A DNA stretch of 64,000 bases from Chrysomallon squamiferum (GCA_012295275.1 CM022674.1:15872001-15936000), one strand, 5' to 3'; counted from the first letter of the stretch, positions 13,985 to 32,762 are shown. Notes: generated by a model not told the origin, from the letters alone. Numbers and translations are program-made.

Positions 13985-15012
13985 GAGAGAGACACACACA
14001 TCAAAGCACGCACACACACACACACACACACAGACAGACCTGTACACAAAATGAGGATTCACATGATGTAATTTTCTAAAGAACATTTTCAATGTAACTC
14101 CATTCACTGATTACACTGATTTCTTTCAATGAACATTGCAACAAATGACAGCAAAATAATCTTATTTCCAGTACACTCAAAATTATCACATGTAATTATA
14201 AACATCTTTGGTAATATAAATCTTGCGTGTGACAGAAAACTTTTATTTTAAGAATATTGTGGTTTTTGGGTTGTTTGTTTAAAATGTTATAAATACATAC
14301 AACGATTTTACCAGCTGGTGCAAAATATTTGATACATATAATTACAAATAAACAGTCAAAAAATATATTAGTTTGCACTTAAAAACAGACATACGGTATA
14401 TATATTCATACATGAATACACTGAAACATACATTCTGTATATTTCTATGTTATTAAAATTATTGTTTTGGTTCGTCTATCACTGCGTCTAACAAAGTATG
14501 ACAATAAAATAATATGAAATAATGTTAGAAATGAATATGTATTTCAAACCAATTATAACACCCTGTGTTATGCTGTTATACTTAATTATTAATTAAGATT
14601 AGACAGCAAAAAATATAAAATAAATAAAATAGAATTTGGAAATATGCAGACTATTTCTTCGTTTCACCAAAAATAAATTTAATAAAAGCTTTTAGACTAC
14701 TTTTCTCAAGAAATAGTTAAATGCACTTAGCAAATTAATGTAGAATAAAATAATTAAAAAAAAAAGGGTATTATTGTTTCTGTAATAAAAGAAGAAGAAA
14801 AACAAACGTTGCGATTCAGAAACTTTTATAAAAATCATTTCAAAACAGTAAGAATCAAAATACAACCATGTAAGTTAAACTAACAATTTTAAACCTGTAG
14901 TTTCTTATTCAGCAATTTTGTCCAAAGTGTTTACAATCAGTTCCACATGTTGTTAAAATGTCGAACAAGAACTTCAGCTTGGCCTAACCATTAAAGTTAA
15001 TTATGTTTGTCT

Positions 15013-15090
15013 TCACGTTTCAATTTTTCTGTCAATTATTTTCTGAAATGATCCAGACTGATTTTGTTTATTCTTCAAGGTCTGAACAAC
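15013..15090 (-). CDS. Kinase terminal coding exon
   Basis: ttttcag|VVQTLKNKQNQSGSFQKIIDRKIET*. Confidence 0.8.
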   Translation of the reverse strand, partial: VVQTLKNKQNQSGSFQKIIDRKIET

Positions 15091-15739
15091 CTGAAAATAA
15101 AAAGGGAAGAAATAGTGGCAGGTTATTTTGTGTATGACATTTACGTAGATATTTAAGTATATTATAACTGTTAGTTACTGGAAAATGATTGCAGTGTGAT
15201 ATCGCCCATCATCTGAACAGTAACAACTTTTATTTATTAATATATTATTTGTTTAATCCTAATTTCTTATTTTTGTTTTGTTTTTATTTTTGTCTTTATT
15301 TTCTTTTTAAATTGATTTATTTATTTAATTAATTAGAGAGAGAGATACACAGAGAGGCATAGATATATATAGCTTTGTTTCGTTCTGTTTTCTTTTTGTT
15401 TGTTTAAGGTTTTTTTGTCGGAGGAACTATTTTTGTTCATATTTAAATTGTAATTAATATTAGATGTAGGGGTTTTTAAAAAAAAAATTGGAGAGCTGTT
15501 AAGGGGAGATCACTCACCTTTTTAATGGTTGGCCTGTCCTTTGAGTGCTGTGACCAGCAACTCTGCATGAGATCTTTGTACTGCGGCATCAAGTTTGTTA
15601 CACTGTTCAGCCGCGGCCTGCGTCCACGATTCACCAGCTCTATCACCTGTAAACACACTGCTGTTGTTTAACACACACATCAACATATCACAGGTGTGTA
15701 CATACTAATGTGTGTTTGTACACCAACACTCACAAGCAC

Positions 15740-15771
<32 letters not shown>

Positions 15772-16037
15772 TCAGAAACAAGTGCATGTAAATAAACTAC
15801 TTTTTACATTTGGATACTAATATAAGTACCGTTACAGAGATACATACACATTCAAGTATGCAAAAACACATATATAGAGAAATATATTAATAAATCAACT
15901 CAAATACATTTGTACAGATACATGCAGACACATTCACACCCAAACATATATTGCACACATATATACACAAATACACACACAAATAAAATATTGTATTACA
16001 CTAATCTTGCTATGTGGTGGTATCTTCAAACTGGTCT

Positions 16038-16079
<42 letters not shown>

Positions 16080-17851
16080 ACACACATACACACACACACA
16101 TACACAATTACACACAAACAACAAATTGTATGAAATTGCCTCTTCCTCCTTCCAAACACATCCACACACAAACACACATACACATAAACACACAAACACA
16201 CAAACACATAAACACACAAACACACAAACACACACACAAACACATAAACACACACACACACCCTCACACACACACAAAAATCACATCAAACTACCTCTTC
16301 CTCGGTGACGATGTCTTCAAATGAGTCTTCACAGACAAACAGCTCCCACATTACAAGTCCAAACGAGTAAACATCGGCTGCGGTTCTGATCACTGCGTCA
16401 TCCTCGAGTACAGTGGGGTTCTGCAGTATTTCTGGAGCTGTCCAGCGAATGTTGGCTGGACATGCACTGTAGTTACGACGACCTGTAAAGTTACCTGTGT
16501 CTTTGAACAGTCCATTTAGTAACTACTCTAAAACTTAATAGCTGTTGAGATTAAATTTTATGTTTCTTTTATTGTTATTTTTAAATGAATATTTTAAGAT
16601 TATATACATACGTACATACACAGACACATATATTCTACATCCATGTTTTCCATAAAGAAATGGAAACAGACATATATATATATACACACACACACAGTCC
16701 ACACACACATACACACATACACACACATACATATAAACACATACACACCTACTTAAACATAAATGGACAGTCACACACACATATATATACACACACACAC
16801 ACTCACATATACACATACACATGTATACAAAAACTATACATACATTAACATATGCAGTTATACTCTCATATTTATACTTACAAACATTAATGCTCCAATA
16901 TGTACCCTTATTCAATTATATTAATAAACTACTAGAACACATTAACAACAGAAAATGTTAAATGGTTTTATATCAGTCTACAGCTTTGATAATGGGAGAT
17001 AATTCTGCCAAGAAAAACTCATAATATTGTCTACCATAGTTCTTAAAAGGCATTATGGGTAAAGTATAAAAATATATTTTCTTTATTTAATTTTTTCTTT
17101 ATTTATTTATTTATTTATTATCATTATAAGTACTTATATAAATAATCATTATATGTATAAGATTTTTATTTTTATATAAAATCTCTCATTTTGCATTAAA
17201 ATATTCACATAAAGATTCACCAATACCAAGTTAAAAGTTTATTTTCCTTTTGAAATAAAATCTTGGTCTTCTACATCCATGTTTTTCTCACAGAAATGGG
17301 AACAGACTGATACAAATTCAATAATTTCTATTTATTGTTCAGTTACTGACTCTTGTTCATAACAATAATGTCTGCCATTTTTGTTTCAAGGAATTGTGGG
17401 TAAAACTCACAGCAGCAGTCTTCCTTTGTACAGTTCTGTCTTAGTGGCTGTATCATTTTTGTCAGTCCAAAATCAGCAACCTGAAATTTTATTTTATTTT
17501 ATTTTATTTTATTTTATTTTATTTAATTGCTGGAAATAAATTACGAGGGATCTTTAATATGCACTTTCTCTAACTACTTGGCCTATGATCCAACAATAAC
17601 AGAACACTGTCTGACCTGGAAACAGAATTGGTTGGATTGGGAAAATGCCCCCAAAAGAGTTACTACTAACAGGGACCAGTCATTAATGCATTCCATATGA
17701 GAGCTTTACCTCTAGTCTTCACATCCTTCTGTCTAACAACTAAAATGTGTTAGTGTTTATTGATTCTTTATCTTCAAATAATTGAGAATAAAAAAATTAA
17801 AAAATTAATTTCAATACCGTAGCTGTATCTTTAAACAACCAGGATTAAACA

Positions 17852-17886
<35 letters not shown>

Positions 17887-18734
17887 TAATTAGTTTTGGT
17901 ACCTTAGCAGTATCGTTGTGGAGAAGAAAGAGGTTTCCACAGCGGAGATCTCGATGAATGATCGGAGGTTTTGTCGAATGAAGAAAGGCTATGCCATTGG
18001 CTACATCAGAACACTGCAAAATAAAACAGCAAACATTTGATTTAACACAGCCACATTCAACAGCCTTTATTTTCAGCCAGCAAAAGCTGTCTTTAGTTTT
18101 GAAGTTTAAGTGTTTCTAAAATATTGTTGATTTCTTAACAGCTCTAATATTTTGCAGTCTTCTGTCAGAACAGTTTTAGAAATCTGTTATAAATGACTGA
18201 TAAATCAGGATTATTGGAATAAGAATCTGTTATTGTTTTTTTGTGATTTATTTTTAAAACAGTATTTGTTAGTTATAAAGCATAACAAAAAATAATAATA
18301 ATATTTGTCAAGGAAGTGATAAATTTGTTTTTAGAAGATTACATAAATCACTGTAAAATCGCAAAACCTATTTTGTATATCTCTTTGTAGAAAAAAAAAT
18401 CTTCATTGCAGCTTCTTTTATACTTTATTATTAGCAAAGAGTTATCAGCTCTTTTTAAACATTCATTTCTTAGACTTAAGCTTAGGTAGTGAATAAACAA
18501 TTATTTACATTTTCGAAAAATGACTTTAAATTAATTATTCCTGGTGCTAGACATAAATTTTTAATATTTTGCAGACGTACAATTTTGACTCGATGCGGCC
18601 ATATTAGCTTGAAGTCTCTCATTTTAAGAAGATCTTTTATGCAGCTGCCATTCACAAATTCAGTAATGATACACGGATGTCTGCCATCAATGCACAATCC
18701 CAGCACCCCAACGATGTTTTTATGACGTTGGCGA
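15013..18734 (-). CDS. Protein kinase, TKL-like (partial; subdomains IV-XI, six exons)
   Basis: Phase-compatible exons 18581-18734, 17903-18013, 17411-17480, 16295-16482, 15518-15646 and 15013-15090 splice into one open frame: HKNIVGVLG..IITEFV..IIHRDLRCGN..VADFGL..IRWTAPE..DVYSFGLVMWEL..CWSQHSKDRPT..IET*. 5' exons are absent (gap at 18989). Confidence 0.93.
15518..15646 (-). CDS. Kinase exon (subdomains X-XI)
   Basis: cag|VIELVNRGRRPRLNSVTNLMPQYKDLMQSCWSQHSKDRPTIKK|gtgagt. Confidence 0.92.
16295..16482 (-). CDS. Kinase exon (APE and DVYSFG motifs)
   Basis: cag|(C)RRNYSACPANIRWTAPEILQNPTVLEDDAVIRTAADVYSFGLVMWELFVCEDSFEDIVTEEE|gtagtt. Confidence 0.92.
17411..17480 (-). CDS. Kinase exon (DFG motif)
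   Basis: tttcag|VADFGLTKMIQPLRQNCTKEDCC|gtgagt; 70 nt. Confidence 0.9.
17903..18013 (-). CDS. Kinase exon (catalytic loop HRDLRCGN)
   Basis: cag|CSDVANGIAFLHSTKPPIIHRDLRCGNLFLLHNDTAK|gtacca; 111 nt. Confidence 0.93.
18581..18734 (-). CDS. Kinase exon (subdomains IV-V)
   Basis: ttttag|T CGC CAA...RQRHKNIVGVLGLCIDGRHPCIITEFVNGSCIKDLLKMRDFKLIWPHRVKI|gtacgt. Confidence 0.9.
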
Positions 18735-18890
18735 CTAAAAGAGAAAACAAATCTAAGTTAATTGTATGAAGCAAGGGAAAGAATCTTTTGAAAGTGAATA
18801 TTAATTCCTTTCATACGGAAATTATTATATTCATAATATTCTGTAATAATGTAGTAATAAGATACTTTTGTGAAGTGTAGGTAGTTTTAT

Positions 18891-18971
<81 letters not shown>

Positions 18972-18988
18972 CTCTCACTCTATTCATA

Positions 18989-19188
18989 NNNNNNNNNNNN
19001 NNNNNNNNNNNNNNNNNNNNNNNNNNNNNNNNNNNNNNNNNNNNNNNNNNNNNNNNNNNNNNNNNNNNNNNNNNNNNNNNNNNNNNNNNNNNNNNNNNNN
19101 NNNNNNNNNNNNNNNNNNNNNNNNNNNNNNNNNNNNNNNNNNNNNNNNNNNNNNNNNNNNNNNNNNNNNNNNNNNNNNNNNNNNNNNN
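18989..19188. other. Assembly gap (200 N)
   Basis: Run of N; the round size suggests a placeholder of unknown true length. Confidence 0.99.
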
Positions 19189-24690
<5,502 letters not shown>

Positions 24691-24997
24691 TGCATGACCA
24701 CGAGTAATATTCATTTTCATAAATGGCTTGCATGTAATTATGCCCAACTAACTTTTTTTTTATTATGTCACTGTCAAGCAGTAATCATTTATATGAGGAA
24801 AAGTAACAAAGGAAATGAAATTTGTAAATTAAATTGTTTTCCGTTTCTTCACTGTATCAGTGAGAGTAAGCAAGATAGTGACTGACATTTAGATATATAA
24901 AATAACTCAATAATCAGTGAGTCTAAATTTACCAACAATCCTTTTATCTGCATCATAATTGTACGAAAGAAATAAAAGAGGTTTTCAGTTACCAATA

Positions 24998-25032
<35 letters not shown>

Positions 25033-26990
25033 ATACACACATATCTCATCGCTAAGAAGAAATATAATGCAAAGGATACGCGAAGAAGGTTTGATCCTAC
25101 AGCCTCTTATGATACCATATATCAATATATCTGACACCTGTACCCATATGATTTAATTCTACGTGGTCAGTAAACCACTATTATATATAACTACACATGA
25201 CCCATTTAACGTCAGCAATATAATTAATTATACATTGCCTTATAATAAAAATCTCACGTAACAATGAACTTCAAAATGTAATGAAAAGATAACCATACAC
25301 ATCTGTAACACAGTCTGATGTAACTTGTTCCGTTAATGTATTTTGCCTGATTGTAAAATTGTTTTTGAGAAATATGCTTAGATCTTCAACGCCGTAATGT
25401 AAATCTTTATCTACCCTACCGACCCATATAGCACTGTAATATAATCCGTTGTAAATCGTACTGACCTTTGTACCCTGTAATGTATTCACTTATATAGCCT
25501 ACTGACCCAAACACCCATGTAATATAATTATTTGTATATACTACTGACGCACACACCTGTGTAATGTAATTCTTTGTGTCATACTGACTCGTGAATCTGT
25601 GGGTGCTCTCCCAAAAGACTGAGGTCCCATAACGCGGACGCATTAAACAATACAAGACAAGGTTGAGCGCATTACTAATAACATGCTTTTTACGTTGAAT
25701 AATACGCGGTGTCTCCGTATTATTGTTCTTATAAAGAACACTATTGTTCTTATATAGAAATCACTGATTCGCGCTAACCCCTAGTACAATAAGCGATTAT
25801 GGAATAGTCGGTATCAATAAATAACCTGAAAAAATCGTTCGATCTCTTCATCGTTTATTTCACTGCATAGCTAAAAGTATAGTCATTCGTAACATTTGTT
25901 CATTTTATTACATCTATAAATAATTGGACATTCATAACATTCACATAGTTAAAATTATAGATATTAATCACATTCACATAGTTGAAATTATAGTTATTCA
26001 TTTTATCACATCTGCCGCGTTCATGGTTGTGAAGATTTCGGTAGCTCGTAATTAAATCTCTCGAGGTATTAATAGTAGATGGACAACCGACTTTGCAACA
26101 CTTACAATGAACAGTATCTCTTTTACTACTCTTGATCCTAAACCTATGTCCCTGATGCACTAAAGTACGCCTGCGACATGAATTCGGAATGAATATATAT
26201 ATACTTTGTTTTAACATTACTCACTCGCATAAACAAGAATGTATATGTGCTATCCTGACACAACTGTACATCTGAACAGTTGTCATGTTAGTTGCGATCA
26301 TGTGTTAAGATTAGATCAGGAAATTATAATGTGATTATTACTGCATGGTATACCCGTGTTTAGTGGAACAGACCATAACCTCCCGGCCAAGGATTAGCTG
26401 TGTTTTCAGTCTCACAAATCTATGTTCTGTCTCTTTATAAACTCCCTTGATGGTGGGGCAGATCCACAGTTTGTCTGCCTCAATTTAGCAGGTTCTGACG
26501 TTTCTATTCCTTTTATCAATTCTACAAATCTGTATATATTCGGATGGTGAAGTTGATTCTGAAATGAAAAATCTCCGCATCATTTTTTGTTCAGGGGCCA
26601 GTGGTTCCACAAAATCAAAGGAAATCTGGCATCATCGTGTACCCATGTAGAAACCACATACTCATTTAATGTCTCTGCCTGTGGAACATCAGGTCTGTTA
26701 TGCATGGCTTCAAACCACACATCCTGCACTTGTGGAGTTGGCAGAAGTGGTAGTCAACAACTGATCAGTTTGAGAATAGATACATTGAAATGTGCGCATG
26801 AAATATGAAATAGAAAAATAACTTTTTTCTTCTTCTTCTTAAAATTTTGTTGCACGAAACCAAACAAACTCTTCCCAGCAACTAACAAAATAAACAAGGC
26901 CATCTTAAATGCATTATAGCCCTTTGGAAAAAACTGTTCATTCGGCCGCATACCTACACAGTGTCCACTTCTTATCATCAAACTTAACTT
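24691..26990 (-). mobile_element. Degenerate Mutator-like (MULE) element with transposase remnant and FLYWCH zinc-finger ORF
   Basis: 26410-26770 (-) translates LPLLPTPQVQDVWFEA..EYVVSTWVHDDARFPLILWNHW..HHPNIYRFVELIK (MULE transposase C-terminal motifs, with stops). 25900-26217 encodes TLVHQGHRFRIKSSKRDTVHCKCCKVGCPSTI..HNH (FLYWCH-like). Further copies at ~52000-53305 and 59354-60650. Confidence 0.8.
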
Positions 26991-27089
26991 TAATAATGTT
27001 TATTATCTTTAGTTAAACATGCTGAATATGCATTTTCGAATAACAAATGTTAATATATTATATTACGTTATATAAAAGTATATTATTTT

Positions 27090-27330
27090 ATATTATAGTA
27101 TGGTATAGTATAGTATAGTATAGTAGAGTATAGTATAATATGATATCGTATGGTATAGTATAGTATAGTATAGTATAGTAAAGTATAGTATAGTATAGTA
27201 TAGGATAGAATGGTATAGTATAGTATAGTATAGTAAAGTATAGTTTAGTATAGTATAGTATAGTATAGTATAGTGTAGTATAGTATAGTATAGTATAGTA
27301 TAGTGTAGTAGAGAGTGGTATAGTATAGCT
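27090..27330. repeat. (TAGTA)n pentanucleotide satellite
   Basis: Long, slightly degenerate tagta tandem array. Confidence 0.95.
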
Positions 27331-27572
27331 ATTTATTGACTGTAAGCCACAACATACTAATGTGACCCCTGGGCAAGTTTCCAGTGTTCACGTGTGTTAA
27401 GATGTCCTTGCCCTAAATAACGAAACTGTTAACAAAGTATTAATAAAAATCTACTCTGCAAACAGAAAAACAAATACAACTAGATTATTTAAGAAGAAAA
27501 TTAAAGTAAAAAACAAAAACAAAAAATAAATAAAAATTATAATTCCAAGAGATATAAATGTGTTTCAAAATG

Positions 27573-28477
27573 TCACAGAATCGCACATATGTATGATGCG
27601 TTAGCAGTATCTTTGGAAGTTGAACTTGGTGAAGTGTTGGAAGTATTTACTGTAGAATTTGAATTTGGTGTTGTGTTGGAAGTATTTACTGTAGAACTGT
27701 AAAATCTTGGTGTTGTGTTATAAGTATTGGCTGTAAAAGTAGAACTGTAAAATCTTGGTGTTGTGTTATAACTATTGGCTGTAGATGCAGAACTGTAAAA
27801 TCTTGGTGTTGTTTTGGAAGTATTGGTTGTAGAAGTAGAACTGTGAATTTTTGGTGTTGTGTTAGAAGTATTGGCTGTAGAAGTAGAACTGTCGAATTTT
27901 GGTGTTGTGTTGGAAGTATTGCCTGTACTGCTAACTGAAGTGTGCATTTGAGAATTTCTGGTAGTAGTATCGCTCAGCAGTTGTCTTTGTTTTAATGTTT
28001 TCAAATTTGTTTGGGTCATCTCGCTAAAATATTTTTCATACTCATATTTGTCTGTTTCAAAGTTATAAAATGGTTGCCCAGCCAAGTACTTCAGTTCAAG
28101 AGTATACTGCAGACTTTCCTATAATAAACACAATATGCTGTTTTATATAATATTATACTATGTATAATCTGATATATCGTACGGAAATGATATATGTTAT
28201 ATGTAATGTAATGTCAGGTGATGTGACATGATGTGATGTTCTGTGACTATGTATGAATGTGATATGTTACAACAGATTATTTTGATTTGATGAATATTAA
28301 TATATTAGTATGAACATTTTAAACATCTCTTTCTTTCTTTCTTCTTATTCATTACTTCATAAATTGTGTTGTAAATTTTCATTTCTTTAAATATTATACA
28401 TCTTTCTTACGCATAATGTCTTGTTTTGTTTTTCAGTTGTTTATTTTTTGTGTTTTTTTTTTTTATAACCAAGGCAA

Positions 28478-28532
<55 letters not shown>

Positions 28533-29355
28533 ATACATAAATAAATAAATAAATAAAACAAAATAAAATATAAAATAAAATAAATAAGAATAAAAAATAA
28601 AAAAGTAGTTCATCAATAAAATAAAATGAATATTCACTGGTTCGTAAGGCAGCCAATGTCCAGAGTCTGCTTCAAAATACCAACACCACTGTGTGAACTG
28701 TGTGAAGTTGTCTTCTTGTCCAGTGACATACGATGCTGTTGAGAGACGCTGAACTTTGACATCAACCACTCCCAGTTCCAAACAAACTAAAACTCTCATT
28801 AAGTGGCAATCAACAACAGTTGCAATGAAGTTACTGGCAAATGTGATAGACTGAACTTGTGGCCAATACCTTTTCAAGGATGTACTCTGAAACAAAACAA
28901 TAATAAAACCTCATTGTGATATGTATCTGTTATTAAAACCTATACTTTATTCCATATATATGAAATTTCATTGATCACTTCTGGTTGTTTTTAACTCACC
29001 TCTATATTTCCTGTATCTGACTTCAGACTACAAAAACACTGCTCGATCATCTCATTTTCCACTATGTCAAAGTTGACTCATTTGTTACGAATCATCACCT
29101 GCCACTGGTAAGGTAGGCATCTTTGTTTGTGTGTATTTGAATGTATTACACACTGACTCCAGACACATTTCTCACAGAGCAAACCTCCTATTTCAGTGTT
29201 GTTATTCACTATTGTAAAGCTGTTACTCATATCAAGTTGTTTATACTGTGCAACTTGCACTGGATTTGCTTTCATTTTCACACCAAGTTGCTTCTGCTTT
29301 GAAATTTGTATTGGATCTGCATTCTCTTTCACATCATGTTGTTTCTCCTGTTCAA
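27573..29355 (-). pseudogene. PARP12/ZAP(ZC3HAV1)/TIPARP-family fragment, copy 1: ZnF-WWE1-WWE2 fused to a Ser/Thr-rich repeat
   Basis: Exons ~29000-29355 (LCEKCVWSQCVIHSNTHKQRCLPYQWQVMIRNK*VNFD..MIEQCFC), 28638-28886 (VQRLSTASYV..TQWCWYFEADSGHWLPY) and 27573-28118 (LELKYLAG..YEKYFSEMTQTNLKTLKQRQLL). These match the PARP12-type LPYRWQ / RRLST / WxWY..G.W..Y tandem-WWE pattern. TGA at 29078-29080 sits where Trp is expected. Confidence 0.8.
27620..27930 (-). repeat. 48-bp tandem repeat encoding mucin-like NTSNTTPRFYSSTSTA units
   Basis: ggtgttgt...gtatt motif recurs at 48-nt spacing (~27709, 27757, 27805, 27853, 27901), then shorter units; in frame with the WWE2 exon. Confidence 0.85.
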
Positions 29356-29657
29356 AGTATTTTTATAAAAATACAACAATTTTCCTTATGATTAAAACAA
29401 AAAAAAAATAAATAATCAAAATAAAACTAATAGTAATAATAATAATAATAATAATAATGATATAATTATTATTATTATTATTGTAAATAAATAAATAAAT
29501 AAATATTAACCAACGAGAGGTAAGTTATAAATGAATGTAATCTTTTAATTTTGATCATGTTTTTGTCAACAGACATTTCACTGAATATTTCAATATGTTT
29601 TACGATTTTTTATTATGCACTTAACATAGTTCAGTAAGTATATACAGGAGTACATAC

Positions 29658-30404
29658 CAGTTATCTCCTGCATGCAGTGGTAGTCTAAATCATTAAATCT
29701 TGTTTATCTTTACATGGACTTAGGACCTGTAATCCCAGGTCAACCGAGCACGATAACACCAGAGGTACCCGTGTCTCCTGTACTGTACTGATACTGATCG
29801 CAAAGTGTTTGTTATTTATTTTGTTGTTATTTTATTTCCCATTTCATTCTAAAGATTTGATATATATATATATATATAATCATTCTAAAGAGCATCTAGT
29901 TTCACACAAAAATGTAGGTAGATTTCTCAGTATCGGTGCTGAGATCTACATGCGGTCATATCCTTCTTGTTCAGAGGGCGTAAAATAATAATAATAACAA
30001 TAATTATAATAATAATAAAAATAATTTGTACACGTACATGATTTCAGATTATTCTTACCATGATTTTATCTTGTAATATCAGCAATCAGCATAATAAACA
30101 CACAAGTGTCCTGTCTTACTAATATCTTCAGAAAATCAGTTCACCTGATCTGTTAGACGTTTCTACTTTCATTTGTTGTTGACAACCATTCTTTGTTTTT
30201 GCAACGCATTCTTCCGGTGTGTGCGCGTCAGGTTCCAAATCATGACAAACGAATCGCAACTTCCGGCTATGGCATTTGCGGCTTGCATACGAACAAGAAA
30301 AAATTGTATTTCATTTGTTATATTAATTAATTAATCCATTAATTCATTTATTTATTTATTTAGAGATGATACTTTAAAAATACACATGGTGCTTCAAATA
30401 TATC

Positions 30405-30458
<54 letters not shown>

Positions 30459-31292
30459 ATACAAGTATGCATGTATATGTATATACTAGATTAGCTTGAA
30501 ACATATCTTTGTAACTGAATTATTATTTTTTTTTCTGTTACAACTTTTGTTGGTGCTGCCGCTGTTGCTATTAGTGTTGATATTATTTATGTTATAATTC
30601 ACTTTTCTAATGAGTATGTATGATACATAACGAAGAAACAGGCCTGTTCCATCCATCTTCCGTGCATCGAAAGTAGTTTTTATTATTCTGTTTATATTTT
30701 GTCTGCAGCAATTCCAGCATTGAAATGTTAACATCTGTGTTCAATTAGAAAAGAATATATATTTATAAATGTGTCCATGCATTTACACATTATTTATGTT
30801 AGTACGTGAATGTATGCATGTAGGTATTTTATGATTTGAATATTTTCCGTCTTATGTACATCTGATTAGACTCTGCACATAGACAATATTCGGTTACGCA
30901 CTGGCTCAGGATACAAAGTCCGGTCACGACCTCACAAACTCCGTCAGATGCCGCTGAGGAAACTTGAACGTATGACACCCATTCGCCCGTACTCGGAAGG
31001 CGCATGATGTTACCGTTCCCCTATCGAGACAACCAAACAAAAAAAAAAAAAATTAAATAAAAAAAGAAAACAAAAAGAAGATTGTTCACGTATCCCAGTA
31101 TGTATGCATGTTTCAATGCATGTATGTACGGATGGATGGATATGTTTGCATCTCTTTCTAAATGAATGGTTATACATATTATGTGTATGTTGATGGTGAA
31201 TATTATATTAGTTTATTGTTATTATTATCATCATCACCATCGTCATCGGTAATTAGATCGTGATGAAAGTAGACAACAACAACAACAACATC

Positions 31293-31344
<52 letters not shown>

Positions 31345-32165
31345 GAAATAATAATACAAATAATAATAAAAACAACAACAACAACGACGACGACAACACT
31401 ATGTGTTAAAAACCTACAATAATTATATATAAATATTTCACCTTTTTCATCTTTTGTCAACTTTACTTGATATGATTTCATTGTAACATATCTGCAGTAT
31501 CTGATTACACAACTACGCCTTATGTAGATGAGCAGTGAAGTGTGTATACTGAATATATTTAGTTTATTGTCAGAGTAAATTAGTATTTTAACATACACTT
31601 TTGATGAATGTGTAGAGAGTGAAAGAGAGAGATTGAATTACGTATGTATCATACAAATAATAACACACCAATACATTTATATATACATACCTATAATTAC
31701 AAGTAAATTGAGAACGTACAGACAGAAAGAGAAAGAGACAATAACGTAATGAAATAAGGTATATGTACAAACATATAGTGTGCACAGACAGACAGTTGTA
31801 CGTGGAGATAGACAGGCAGACACACAGACAGACAGGTAGGTAGGTAGATGGATAGAGACAGATAGACGCATATACACAAAACTACCTACATATACACAAC
31901 AAAATACACCATATACTCGAGAATACGTTCTATAAAATAATGAAAATATTGTATTTAGTTTATTCTATTTTTTCTAGATTGTCATATGCAGCTAATAGTC
32001 ACAGCAAACAGCTTAATATTTCTGTAATTGGCATTTTAGCTGTCCTGAGTGGCTTCTCTTCGACTCGACAGTCTCCACATCTGAGTCAGACACCTGCACA
32101 GACTGGGCCAACGCTAATAGCAGACAAAGAAACGCTAAGACAAAATGAAGACCGAGTCCCTTCAT
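29658..32165 (-). pseudogene. Decayed gene(s) for a secreted Cys-rich protein (signal peptide plus Cys-rich, partly Sushi/CCP-like exons)
   Basis: ATG at 32165: MKGLGLHFVLAFLCLLLALAQS (signal-peptide-like). Exon-like GC-richer blocks at ~31442-31518, ~30860-31020 (CEVVTGLCILSQCVTEYCLC), ~30627-30734 (YFRCTEDGWNRPVSSLC), ~30145-30281 (LRFVC../RMRCKNKEW) and ~29658-29785; frames broken. Confidence 0.4.
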
Positions 32166-32396
32166 CTTTCTCGTCTCCGTCCGAATGATGGTGACGATGA
32201 TGCTGTTGGGGTTTAAACAGAGAAAGAAACAGGACGTTTTGAAACAAATATCACCACTTCTCACTCGATTTCAACTGTGAACCTACCACCAACTAATTAG
32301 ATTTACAGTTTCTTGTGAATAGTAATTTATCTTTTGATATCATCATAATCGTTGTTTTCTGGACGTCCGCTGGCTGTTAGTTGTAATACAACACAC

Positions 32397-32446
<50 letters not shown>

Positions 32447-32729
32447 TATAATAATAATAATAATTATAATAAATGGATAATTTAATAAATAAATATATAA
32501 ATAAATATATATATATAAAAAAAATAATAATAATAATAATAATCCGGATGTTCTGAAACAAATGTTGTCATTTCTCAGTTTCGTTTAACTGATAAAAGTA
32601 ACTGAATAACAACTTTACATTTAGCTGTGAAAACTAATTTAGTTTTAATCTTATCATCATCATGATCATTATAGATCTGATTACATAGATAGATAGATAC
32701 ATATGACACTGCGAATGGTGAAATATAAT

Positions 32730-32762
<33 letters not shown>

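Noticed and set aside
25271-25655. Repeated ORFs MNTLQGTKV.. / MYCLMRPRYG.. (also at 52580, 59948 and 60093)
   Set aside because: Their recurrence reflects copies of the MULE element; no recognisable domain, and overlapping short frames.
27620-27930. Regularly spaced repeats as a CRISPR-like array
   Set aside because: Units are contiguous 48-bp tandem repeats without unique spacers, in eukaryotic DNA with no cas genes.
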